Positions 1 to 12,832 are shown, numbered from the stretch's first letter. The stretch: DNA of 24,000 bases from Actinomadura citrea (GCF_013409045.1 NZ_JACCBT010000001.1:6960669-6984668); one strand, 5' to 3'. Program-made: numbers and translations. Notes: generated by a model not told the origin, from the sequence alone.

Positions 1-207
1 CCGAGAAAGCCGGGGTCGTTCGCCCCACCCCCTGGGAGGACTGCAGGTGCACGCTGATCCGGCCCCTGGCCTGCGCTCCCCCGCGTCCGATCGCTCGACG
101 CGCACGTCCCGGGCGGTGCGCCGGGCGTCCGCAGGGGGCGATCCCGCCGCCCTGCCGCCCCGGGCCCCCTGGACGGCCGGCACCGTTCTCACCCGTCGAG
201 GAGCATC

Positions 208-1293
208 ATGGCCATCCGCGTCCTGCACGTGGCCACCGGCAACGTCGGCCGCATCGCCCTGGCACAGCTGATCGAGGATCCCCGCTTCGAACTGGCCGGG
301 CTGGTCGTGTCGAGTCCCGGGAAGGTCGGGCGCGACGCCGGCGAACTCGCCGGGCTCGACGTGGTCACGGGGGTCGCGGCCACCGCCGACCTGGAGGCGG
401 CGCTCGCCGCGCGGCCGGAGTGCACCGTCTACTGCGCGATCGGCGAGACCCGGTTGTCCGGCGCCCTGGCCGACATCGGGAAGATACTCGCCGCGGGCAG
501 CAACGTCGTCGCCTCCTCGCCGGTGCCGCTGATCTACCCCTGGGGGCTGCTGCCGGACCGAATGATCCGTCCCGTCGAGGACGCCTGCCGGGCGGGCGGG
601 ACGAGCATCTTCGTCACCGGAGTGGACCCCGGCTGGGTCAACGACCTGCTGCCCTTCGCGATCGCGAGCACCTGCCAGCGGGTGGAGCAGGTGCGCTGCT
701 CGGAGATCGCCGACTACGCGACCTATGACGGCGGCCCGGTCATGCTCGACTTCATGGGCTTCGGACGTCCGGTGGGGGATCTGCCGAAGATCCTGCGACC
801 GGGGATGCTGGCCGCGTCGTGGGGCGTCAGCCTCCGGATGCTGGCCCGGGGGTTCGGTTTCGAGCTCGACGAGATCACCGAGTGGTTCGAGCAGGAGCCG
901 GCGCCGGAGGCGTTCGACGTGGCAGCCGGGCACATCCCCGCGGGCGGGATGGCGGCCGTTCGGTTCCAGATCAGCGGCGTCGTCGGCGGCAAGGAGGTCC
1001 TCGTCATCGACCACACGACCCGGCTGCGCGGCGACCTGCGTCCGGACTGGCCGCAGCCGGCGCAGGACGGCGGCTCCTACCGGGTCGAGATCGTCGGTGA
1101 GCCGTCCTACCGCGTCGACGTCTGCCCGACCAGCGCCAAGGGAGACCACAACTACGCCGCCATCGCCGCGGGCGCCGGGCGCGTCGTCAACGCGATCCCC
1201 GACGTCATCGCGGCGGCGCCGGGACTGCGGACGCCGCTCGACCTGCCTTTCACCACCGCCCGCGGCGTCTTCGCGGCGGCGCTGACCGACTAG
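208..1293 (+). CDS. NAD(P)-binding oxidoreductase, DapB-N-terminal-like / amine-dehydrogenase-like family (361 aa)
   Basis: ORF-track ORF. ATG 208 is preceded by GAGGAG at 198-203, and codons are GC3-rich. N-terminal Rossmann-type IRVLHVATGNVGR. Overall resemblance (from memory, not searched) to actinobacterial 'dihydrodipicolinate reductase N-terminus domain' proteins. Overlapping ORFs 420-728, 723-1016, 725-1285 and 819-1100 look like frame shadows. Confidence 0.75.
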   Translation: MAIRVLHVATGNVGRIALAQLIEDPRFELAGLVVSSPGKVGRDAGELAGLDVVTGVAATADLEAALAARPECTVYCAIGETRLSGALADIGKILAAGSNVVASSPVPLIYPWGLLPDRMIRPVEDACRAGGTSIFVTGVDPGWVNDLLPFAIASTCQRVEQVRCSEIADYATYDGGPVMLDFMGFGRPVGDLPKILRPGMLAASWGVSLRMLARGFGFELDEITEWFEQEPAPEAFDVAAGHIPAGGMAAVRFQISGVVGGKEVLVIDHTTRLRGDLRPDWPQPAQDGGSYRVEIVGEPSYRVDVCPTSAKGDHNYAAIAAGAGRVVNAIPDVIAAAPGLRTPLDLPFTTARGVFAAALTD

Positions 1294-1320
1294 GGCACCC
1301 CGTCAGAAGGGACGGCAACC

Positions 1321-2058
1321 ATGGGACGTGTGGACGGGAAGACCGCTCTGATCAGCGGCGGGGCCCGCGGCATCGGCGCGGCCAGTGCCCGGGCCCTGGC
1401 CGCCGAGGGCGCCAGGATCGTCATCGGCGACATCCTCGACGAGGAGGGCAAGGCCGTCGCGGACGAGCTCGGCGACGCGGGACGCTACGTGCACCTCGAC
1501 GTGACCAGCGAGGACGACTGGGCGGCCGCCGTCGAGACCACCGTCGCCGAGTTCGGCGCGCTGAACGTGCTGTTCAACAACGCGGGGATCGCCAACGGCG
1601 CGGCCATCAACCGTTTCAAGCCGGAGAAGTGGCGGCAGATCATCGACGTCAACCTCACCGGCCCGTTCCTCGGCATCCGCGCGGCCACCGACGCGCTGAT
1701 CGCCGCCGGGGGCGGTTCGATCATCAACAACTCCTCCATCGAGGGCCTTCGCGGCACCTCCTGGGCGCACGGCTACGTGGCCTCGAAGTGGGGGCTGCGG
1801 GGCCTGACCAAGTCGGTCGCCGTGGAGCTCGCCCCGCACGGCGTCCGGGTCAACTCGCTGCACCCCGGGCTGATCCGGACGCCGCTCACCGAGGGCATCC
1901 CCGACGACATGGTCCCGATCCCCCTCGGACGGCCCGGCCTGCCCGAGGACGTCGCCTCCTTCGTCGTCTTCCTCGCCAGCGACGAGTCGTCCTTCGCCAC
2001 CGGATCCGAGTTCGTCATCGACGGAGGGACCGTCCAGCAGATCCCCCACAAGGGCTGA
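1321..2058 (+). CDS. Classical short-chain dehydrogenase/reductase (3-alpha/20-beta-hydroxysteroid dehydrogenase / FabG-like), 245 aa
   Basis: ATG 1321 with GAAGGGA upstream. Cofactor motif TALISGGARGIG (TGxxxGxG), NNAG, catalytic Ser plus YVASK (YxxxK), and HPGLIRTP. Confidence 0.9.
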   Translation: MGRVDGKTALISGGARGIGAASARALAAEGARIVIGDILDEEGKAVADELGDAGRYVHLDVTSEDDWAAAVETTVAEFGALNVLFNNAGIANGAAINRFKPEKWRQIIDVNLTGPFLGIRAATDALIAAGGGSIINNSSIEGLRGTSWAHGYVASKWGLRGLTKSVAVELAPHGVRVNSLHPGLIRTPLTEGIPDDMVPIPLGRPGLPEDVASFVVFLASDESSFATGSEFVIDGGTVQQIPHKG

Positions 2059-2059
2059 C

Positions 2060-2080
2060 CCGGGGCGCGCGGCGCCCCGG
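2060..2080. terminator. GC-rich hairpin between convergent genes
   Basis: Perfect inverted repeat CCGGGGCGC-gcg-GCGCCCCGG, starting 2 nt after the SDR stop (2056-2058) and upstream of the convergent hydrolase stop (2135). There is no U-tract, so terminator function is inferred only. Confidence 0.45.
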
Positions 2081-2134
2081 CCGGACCTCGCACGACGCAT
2101 CACCGGCTCATCTGGCGCCGGACTCCATCGGGCT

Positions 2135-2833
2135 CTACACGCGCAGCAGGACCGGCCAGGTCAGCGGGCCGACGATCCCGTCGTCGTCGACGCGGCCCCA
2201 TCGCTGGACCGCCTTCACGGCCGCCTCGGTGGTGGCGTCGAACATGCCGTTGATCGAGACCTCGGAGTGGCTGCGCGCCAGCAGGAGACCCTGCACGGTC
2301 TGCACGTCCTCCCCGGTGGCTCCTCTGGCGAGCGTCGGGAGGTTCTTCACCATGTTCTCCGTCCAGTCGTCGTAAGCGGGCCGTCCGTAGCCGGCGATGA
2401 CGCCGGACGCGCGGACGCGGCGCTTCACCGCGTCATCGGTATTGGCCTCGATCGTCTGGAGGCGCCCGCCGCCGAGGACCTTCTCGACGACGCCGACATG
2501 GTCGATCGCGCCGACGCTGTTGGTGGCGCCCCAGTCGTAGAACACGATGTCGCCGGGCTTCGCCTGGTCGACGCTCGCGGTCGTCCCGCTGTGCCAGCTC
2601 CCGGCCTTCTGGAAGTCCTGCGCGTGCCACACGGTGTAGGCGCGGTCCCCGCCGGGCAGGACGGCGCCCGCGTTGCCGCTGTGCCGCGCCCAGTAGGTGA
2701 TGGCCATGTCGCACCAGGACGCCCGGAGGAACTCGTCGCCGTGCCGGGACGCGTACTCCCGGGTGATGGTGTTCGGCCGCCCGGACATCCCGAGCGACCC
2801 GCGGGCCTCGGCGACCATCTTCGCCGCGGTCAT
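2135..2833 (-). CDS. CHAP-domain peptidoglycan hydrolase with C-terminal PG_binding_1-like domain; no signal peptide (endolysin-like), 232 aa
   Basis: CHAP-type Cys/His context (SWCDMAITYW ... GAIDHVGVV ... TIEANT). C-terminal peptidoglycan-binding repeat (GATGEDVQTVQGLL...FDATTEAAVKAVQRWGRVDDDGIVGPLTWPVL). The N-terminus MTAAKMVAEARGSLGMSGRP is non-hydrophobic. ATG 2833 overlaps the TGA of the upstream small ORF (ATGA), and GAGGAGGG lies upstream. Confidence 0.85.
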   Translation of the reverse strand: MTAAKMVAEARGSLGMSGRPNTITREYASRHGDEFLRASWCDMAITYWARHSGNAGAVLPGGDRAYTVWHAQDFQKAGSWHSGTTASVDQAKPGDIVFYDWGATNSVGAIDHVGVVEKVLGGGRLQTIEANTDDAVKRRVRASGVIAGYGRPAYDDWTENMVKNLPTLARGATGEDVQTVQGLLLARSHSEVSINGMFDATTEAAVKAVQRWGRVDDDGIVGPLTWPVLLRV

Positions 2834-2994
2834 CGCTTCTCGCCCTCCTCGCGCGTCGGCGGACCGCGGAAGATCCCCTCACGGTCGGGCGGACCGTAGA
2901 GCCGTCCGAGGATCTCCTGCTCGTCGGGCTCGGTGGCGACGTGCACGTCCGGGTGGACGTCCACCTCGTCCATGTGCTCGATCTCCTGGTTCAT
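2830..2994 (-). CDS. Small acidic hypothetical protein (54 aa), translationally coupled to the CHAP hydrolase
   Basis: Internal ATG at 2994 of track ORF 2830-3120, preceded by a perfect AGGAGG (3000-3005 on minus) with a 5-nt spacer. Product: MNQEIEHMDEVDVHPDVHVATEPDEQEILGRLYGPPDREGIFRGPPTREEGEKR. Its stop overlaps the downstream ATG. The 42 codons upstream of this ATG are Arg-rich and have no RBS. Confidence 0.6.
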   Translation of the reverse strand: MNQEIEHMDEVDVHPDVHVATEPDEQEILGRLYGPPDREGIFRGPPTREEGEKR

Positions 2995-3499
2995 GCCGTC
3001 CTCCTGGTCGCGCACGCGCTTCCGGCTTCGCGGGCAGCCGCCGGCCGTGACCACGGTGACGCCGTCCTGGTGCCGGCCGTGCGGGCGTCGCTCGTCGCGG
3101 CCAGATTTCTGGAGGCGCATTGCCGAGACGGCGTACCGACGAAAGAATGATCACGCTCGGCAACGAGCCACTACAGAGAGTATGTCTCCCTGAATGCGGC
3201 GTTTCTCCAGCCGAACGGAAAGACCCTTGTCGCCCGCCCAGCAGTCCTTGCTCCTCTCCGGATTGTTCAGGGCCTTGCGTCACACCCGGCCCAGGAAGCA
3301 CCGCATGATGCAAGTTGTTTCGTCGCCCCAGGCCGGCCGGCGGGTTTTGAGAAACGGCTGTGCCTCCAGGGCCGGATGGGATTCAGCCTTCCTGTTTCCC
3401 GGCGGAGGGTGTTCGTCCGTCGGGCAGGCGGACGCCGGTCAGGGGCTCGAAGGCGTTCGCGGTCGCGCCCGGGCGCCGTCGACGCCTGAACGGCGCGCG

Positions 3500-3531
3500 A
3501 AAGGCAGGGCCCCTGTCAGGGCCCTGCCTTT
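3500..3531. terminator. Bidirectional-looking intrinsic terminator hairpin
   Basis: AAAGGCAGGGCCC-ctgtca-GGGCCCTGCCTTT: a 13-bp perfect stem with a 6-nt loop, flanked by an A-tract and a T-tract so either transcript ends in UUU. It begins 10 nt downstream of the stop (3541-3543) of the minus-strand mini-ORF. Confidence 0.7.
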
Positions 3532-3540
3532 CCTGCGGGG

Positions 3541-3705
3541 TCAGCGGTCGATCCACCATGAGATCAAGGTGATGGCCGCGGCGCCGCCCGCGGTGGCCGC
3601 GCCGTAGGCGAACCCGCGGACGGCGGCGAAAAGGGCGGCGTCCCGCAGGCGCCGGACCTTCCCGGCGCGCGCGGGGCGGCGCTCGGTCTGCGCGATGCGT
3701 TCCAT
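3541..3705 (-). CDS. Unlisted 54-aa membrane mini-protein (basic N-terminus plus one Gly/Ala-rich hydrophobic helix)
   Basis: Hand-translated and not in the ORF track, apparently because it is too short. ATG at 3705 is preceded by AGGAGGAGAGCA (RBS at about 3712-3717 on minus). Product: MERIAQTERRPARAGKVRRLRDAALFAAVRGFAYGAATAGGAAAITLISWWIDR, then TGA at 3541-3543 and the 3500-3531 terminator. Codons are GC3-rich. Confidence 0.55.
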   Translation of the reverse strand: MERIAQTERRPARAGKVRRLRDAALFAAVRGFAYGAATAGGAAAITLISWWIDR

Positions 3706-3768
3706 TGCTCTCCTCCTGGAGGTGATCGGCCGGACGTGGCCTGATGGAGGAAGCGTGCGCCGGGATGA

Positions 3769-3882
3769 TGTTCACCTGCGAGAGACTTCTGTTCATCCTG
3801 AGAAGCCGTCCGGGCGGGCAGGTCACCGGCTTCGCGCGCGCCGGAAGGCGAACGAACCTGAACACAACTGCCCGGGTGAACG
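3769..3882. promoter_or_regulatory. Four GTTCA-core repeats in the divergent promoter region between the mini-protein and the STAND gene
   Basis: Direct copies TGTTCACCTG (3769-3778) and TGTTCATCCTG (3790-3800) lie 21 nt apart. Inverted copies CCTGAACA (3857-3864, i.e. TGTTCAGG) and GGTGAACG (3875-3882, i.e. CGTTCACC) lie 18 nt apart. Binding function is inferred. Confidence 0.35.
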
Positions 3883-3906
3883 TCCAGGGTCCGGAGGAGG
3901 GCGTCG

Positions 3907-6792
3907 GTGGAGCGGATCGCACCCGAGAGGATCACGACCCGCCGCCAGTTCGTTGAACAGATGGGTCTGCTGTACGACCGCGGCGGCTGGAGCCATCACC
4001 GGCTCGCCCACAAGGCGGGCCTGAGCCCGGCTACCGTCCGCAAGGCCGTGAGCGACACCGCCGTGCTGCCGCGGGCCGACACGGTGAGGGCGCTCATGAA
4101 GGCCTTCCGCATGGACCCGGCGCCCTGGCTCGAAGCCCGCGGCCGCATCCGCGACAAGGAGAAGGGCCCGGAGAGGGCGGCCGTCTCGCCGCCCGCGCGG
4201 GAGGCCGCCGAGGAGCAGCCCCCGCCGGACGCGCCGCGCCATCTCGTCGGGGTGATCCCGAGAGGGGCCGACTGCTACCAGATACGTGACGTCCTGGCCC
4301 TGCTGGAGAAGGCGACGGCAGAGGCCGATGGAGCGGTTCCGCCCCGGGGCCGCGTGCTGACCGGGATGGGCGGGGTGGGCAAGACGCAGCTCGCCGCCGC
4401 CTACGCACGCGAGGTCTGGGACGCCGGACGGGTGCGGATGCTGCTGTGGGTGACGGCGTCGTCCCGTCCGGGGATCGTGGCCGGCTACGCCGAGGCCGCT
4501 GCGGCCCTGGGCCTGTCGGTCGCGACCGACGACCCGGAGCAGGCCGCGCGGCGGTTCCTGCAGTGGGCGTCCACGACCCGCGACACGTGGCTCATCGTCC
4601 TGGACGACATTCGGGAACCGGGCGACGTGCAGGGCTGGTGGCCGCCGGACCGGCCGTCGGGACAGGTGCTCGCCACGACCTGGCGCCGCGAGGCCGCCCT
4701 CGTCGAGCAGGGCCGGCGCCGGGTGAACGTCGGTCTGTTCACACCGGAAGAGGCACGGGACTATCTGACCGCGAAGTTCCGCGTCCATGAGATGACCGAC
4801 GATCCCGGCCAGATGGACGCGCTCGCCGAGGATCTGGGGTGGCTCCCCCTGGCGCTGGCGCAGGCGGCCGCCTACATGGTGGACCTCGGCCTGGACTGCG
4901 CGGGCTACCGCGAGCGGCTCGCCGACCGGCGCCGCACCCTGGCCGAGCTGGTGCCCGAGCCCGAACACCTCCCCGACGACCACGGCAAGGTCGTCGCGGC
5001 GGCGTGGTCGCTGTCGATCGAGCGCGCGGACCAGGCCCGCCCCGTGGGACTGGCGAGGCCGCTGCTGCAACTGTGCTCGGTGCTGAACCCGAACGGCATC
5101 CCCTCATCGGTGCTGACCAGCCCGCCCGCCCTGGGATACCTGACGTTCGCCGCTTCCGCCGGCGCGGCCGGCCGCGACACCGACGGCACCGACGGCACCG
5201 ACGTGTGGGACGGTCTGAGGGTCCTGCACCGGTTCAGCCTCCTCGACCACGACACGGCGGCCGGAGGCGCCGTCCGCGTCCACGCGCTCATCCAGCGCGC
5301 GACCCGCGAGACGCTCGGCGAGCAAGAGCGCCTGCGCACCGCGCACACGGCCGCCGACGCGCTCATGCACGTGTGGCCGCGCATCAAGTACGACCAGATC
5401 ACCAGCGTCCTGCGCACGAACGCGAACAGCCTGCACGAGGTCACCCACACGGACCTGTGGCGGCACACCGGCGACGGCGGCCGCGAGTGCGGCCATCCGG
5501 TGCTGTTCCGCGCGGCGCGAAGCCTGAGCGACACCGGCCAGGTCGAAGCGGCCGTCGGCGCCTACGACGAGCTCTTCCAGGCCGGCGACCGCATCCTCGG
5601 CCCCGAGCATCCGGACACCATGTCCGCACGCAGAGGCAGGGCCCACGCCCGGGGCGAAGCGGGCGACATCGCGGGCGCCATGGCCGAGTACGGGGAACTC
5701 CTGTCCGACCTCACCCGCACGCTCGGCCCCGAGCACCCGCGGACCTTCTCCGCCCGCAACGACCTCGCGACCCTCCGCCGCCGCGGCGGCGACGTCGCGG
5801 GCGCGATCGAAGAACTCGAAGAGCTGCTGGCCGAGCAGGAATGGATTCTCGGCGCCGACCACCCCGACGTCCTGGCCACCCGGAGGAACCTGGCGAACTC
5901 CCGCGGGGAGGCGGGCGACGCCGACGGCGCCGTGAACGCGTTCGAGAGCATCCTCGCCCACCAGGGGCGCCTGGCGAGGCCGGACGACCCCGACGACCTC
6001 CAGGCCATGCTGAGCGTCCGGGAGAGCCTGGCGAAATGGCGCGGTGACGCGGGCGACGCGGCGGGGGCGGCCGCCGCCTGCGAAGAACTCCTGGCCGACC
6101 GGGAACGGATCCAGGGGCCGGACCACCCCCAGACCCTGGCCGCCTGGAAGGACGCCCTCCACTGGCGGTGGCGCAGAGGGGACACCGAGAACCTCCTGGA
6201 GGAGTACGAGCGGCTCGTCGCCGCGCACGTGCGGATCCTGGGCGCCGACAATCCCGCCACCCTGGTCGTCAGCGGCATCCTCGCCCGCGTACGGGGAAAG
6301 AAGATCGACCCGGCGAGCGCGGTCGAGGATCTGGAGCGGCTCGTGGCCGACCACCTGCGCGTCCTCGGGCCCGACCATCCCGAGACCCTGCGCACCCGCG
6401 CCCAGCTGGCCTACTCCCGAGGCCAGGCCGGGGACGCGGTCAGCGCGGTCAGCGCCTACGAGGACCTTCTCGCCGACCACGAACGAATCCTGGGCCGCGA
6501 CCATCCCCAGACGTTGGCCACCCGCAACGGCCTCGGTCGCTGGCAGGCCGAATCAGGCGACGTGGTGGCGGCCGTCACCACCTTCGAGGAGGTCCTGGCC
6601 GACCGCTGGCGGGTGCTGGGCCGCAACCACGAGCACACCCAGAACACCCTCAAGAGCCTGGAACGATGGCGCCGCCGCCTGCAGCGCGAGTCCCAGGTCC
6701 AGCAACGGGACACCAAGCGCCGACGCACCAGGCATCGCAGCAAAGGACCCCGGGGCGGTCCTGAGTGGTCAGGACCGCCCGGGCACGAGTAG
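3907..6792 (+). CDS. STAND NTPase: N-terminal helix-turn-helix + NB-ARC ATPase + nine TPR-like repeats (961 aa)
   Basis: GTG 3907 preceded by GGAGGAGGG (3892-3900). HTH-like segment WSHHRLAHKAGLSPATVRKAVSD. Walker A GMGGVGKT (4363-4386), Walker B WLIVLDDI, and the NB-ARC GxP-type motif GWLPLALAQAA. Nine ~42-aa repeats of (I/V)LGP(D/E)HP.TL..R..LA...G.AGD..GA span about 5590-6660. Basic C-terminal tail. Confidence 0.9.
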   Translation: MERIAPERITTRRQFVEQMGLLYDRGGWSHHRLAHKAGLSPATVRKAVSDTAVLPRADTVRALMKAFRMDPAPWLEARGRIRDKEKGPERAAVSPPAREAAEEQPPPDAPRHLVGVIPRGADCYQIRDVLALLEKATAEADGAVPPRGRVLTGMGGVGKTQLAAAYAREVWDAGRVRMLLWVTASSRPGIVAGYAEAAAALGLSVATDDPEQAARRFLQWASTTRDTWLIVLDDIREPGDVQGWWPPDRPSGQVLATTWRREAALVEQGRRRVNVGLFTPEEARDYLTAKFRVHEMTDDPGQMDALAEDLGWLPLALAQAAAYMVDLGLDCAGYRERLADRRRTLAELVPEPEHLPDDHGKVVAAAWSLSIERADQARPVGLARPLLQLCSVLNPNGIPSSVLTSPPALGYLTFAASAGAAGRDTDGTDGTDVWDGLRVLHRFSLLDHDTAAGGAVRVHALIQRATRETLGEQERLRTAHTAADALMHVWPRIKYDQITSVLRTNANSLHEVTHTDLWRHTGDGGRECGHPVLFRAARSLSDTGQVEAAVGAYDELFQAGDRILGPEHPDTMSARRGRAHARGEAGDIAGAMAEYGELLSDLTRTLGPEHPRTFSARNDLATLRRRGGDVAGAIEELEELLAEQEWILGADHPDVLATRRNLANSRGEAGDADGAVNAFESILAHQGRLARPDDPDDLQAMLSVRESLAKWRGDAGDAAGAAAACEELLADRERIQGPDHPQTLAAWKDALHWRWRRGDTENLLEEYERLVAAHVRILGADNPATLVVSGILARVRGKKIDPASAVEDLERLVADHLRVLGPDHPETLRTRAQLAYSRGQAGDAVSAVSAYEDLLADHERILGRDHPQTLATRNGLGRWQAESGDVVAAVTTFEEVLADRWRVLGRNHEHTQNTLKSLERWRRRLQRESQVQQRDTKRRRTRHRSKGPRGGPEWSGPPGHE
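6753..6780. terminator. Strong hairpin at the convergent junction of the STAND and GH63 genes
   Basis: GGGCGGTCCTGA-gtgg-TCAGGACCGCCC: a 12-bp perfect stem with a 4-nt loop. It lies inside the last ~40 nt of the STAND ORF (stop 6790-6792) and 37 nt from the GH63 stop (6817-6819). No U-tract. Confidence 0.4.
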
Positions 6793-6816
6793 GCGGCGCG
6801 GTCGCCGCCCGGGACG

Positions 6817-11877
<5,061 letters not shown>

Positions 11878-11881
<4 letters not shown>

Positions 11882-12828
11882 CGGGACTTCTCCTTCCCGA
11901 AGAAGCGGAACTGGGCGTAGGAGATCAGGCCGATGACCACGACGACGACCCAGGAGAGGGCGGCCGCGTAGCCGAAGTCGAGCTGCTCGAAGCCCACCTT
12001 GTAGAGGTAGAGGACGGGCGTCGTCGTGGCGTTGCCCGGCCCGCCGCCGGTCAGGACGTAGTTCTCGTCGAAGAGCTGGAGCGTTCCGATCGTCGAGGTC
12101 ACCGAGCAGAACAGGATGACGGGGCGCAGCTGGGGCATGACCACCCGGACGAACGTGGTGACGGGCCCGGCGCCGTCGATGGCCGCCGCCTCGTACTGCT
12201 CCCGGCCGATCGACTGGAGGCCGGCCAGCAGGATGACCGCGTTGTAGCCCGTCCACCGCCAGGTGATCGAGCCGATCAGCGCCAGCCGCGCCCAGCCGGG
12301 CCCGTTCAGCCAGTCGACCGCGGGCAGGCCAACGGCGCCGAGCATCTGGTTGACCAGGCCGCCGTCGGTCTTGAGCAGGACGCGGAACACCACCGAGTAG
12401 GCGACCAGCATCGTGACGGCGGGCAGGAAGTAGGCGATGCGGAAGCCCGAGCGCAGGCGCAGCCAGGACTGGTTCAGCCCGAACGCCAGCAGCAGCGCCA
12501 GCCCGATCATGACCGGGACCTGGACGAGGAGGATCAGTCCGGTGTTGCGCAGCGCGGCCCAGAAGACGGGGTCCGCCGCCATCCGGCGGTACTGGGCCAG
12601 CCCGACCCAGGTCGTCACGCCGTCGCGGTCGGCGGTGAAGCTCTGGTAGAGGCCGGCCAGCAGCGGATAGGCGAAGAACAGCGCCAGCAGCGCCGCCGCC
12701 GGGCCCGCGAAGGTCCACGGGGTGCACCGGCGGCGCCAGCGCTCCCGCCGCCGGGGCGGCGCGTCCGGCCGGGCCGTCCGGGCGGGGCCGCTCTCTCCGG
12801 CCCTCCGTTTCGTCACGTCGACGACCAC
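11878..12828 (-). CDS. Carbohydrate ABC transporter permease (MalF/CUT1 type), 316 aa
   Basis: Track ORF. GTG 12828 lies 4 nt after the SBP stop. EAA-loop EAAAIDGAGPVTTFVRVVMPQLRP. The exact start is uncertain because the RBS is weak. Confidence 0.85.
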
Positions 12829-12832
12829 CGCG

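Noticed and set aside
47-425. ORFs 47-271 (+) and 189-425 (-) at the left edge.
   Set aside because: They have no RBS, a low-complexity Arg/Ala/Ser composition, and overlap the well-supported gene starting at 208. The first 207 nt are treated as unassigned upstream sequence.
2995-3120. The longer 96-aa version of the small ORF, starting at ATG 3120 (MRLQKSGRDERRPHGRHQ...).
   Set aside because: The upstream 42 codons are Arg-rich and have no RBS, whereas the internal ATG 2994 has a perfect AGGAGG at optimal spacing.
3691-3921. Both divergent genes begin with the same five residues: MERIA (mini-protein MERIAQTER..., STAND MERIAPER...).
   Set aside because: This is curious, but only 5 aa are shared, with different codons and no extended DNA inverted repeat. 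It is most likely coincidence, so I did not use it as evidence.
3823-6504. Long minus-strand ORFs antisense to the STAND gene (3823-5070 at 415 aa, 5104-6504 at 466 aa, 5562-6395 at 277 aa, and others).
   Set aside because: These are typical high-GC shadow ORFs. They are Arg/Pro/Gly/Ala-rich low-complexity translations with no RBS. They lie opposite a plus-strand ORF with clear Walker A/B, NB-ARC and TPR motifs.
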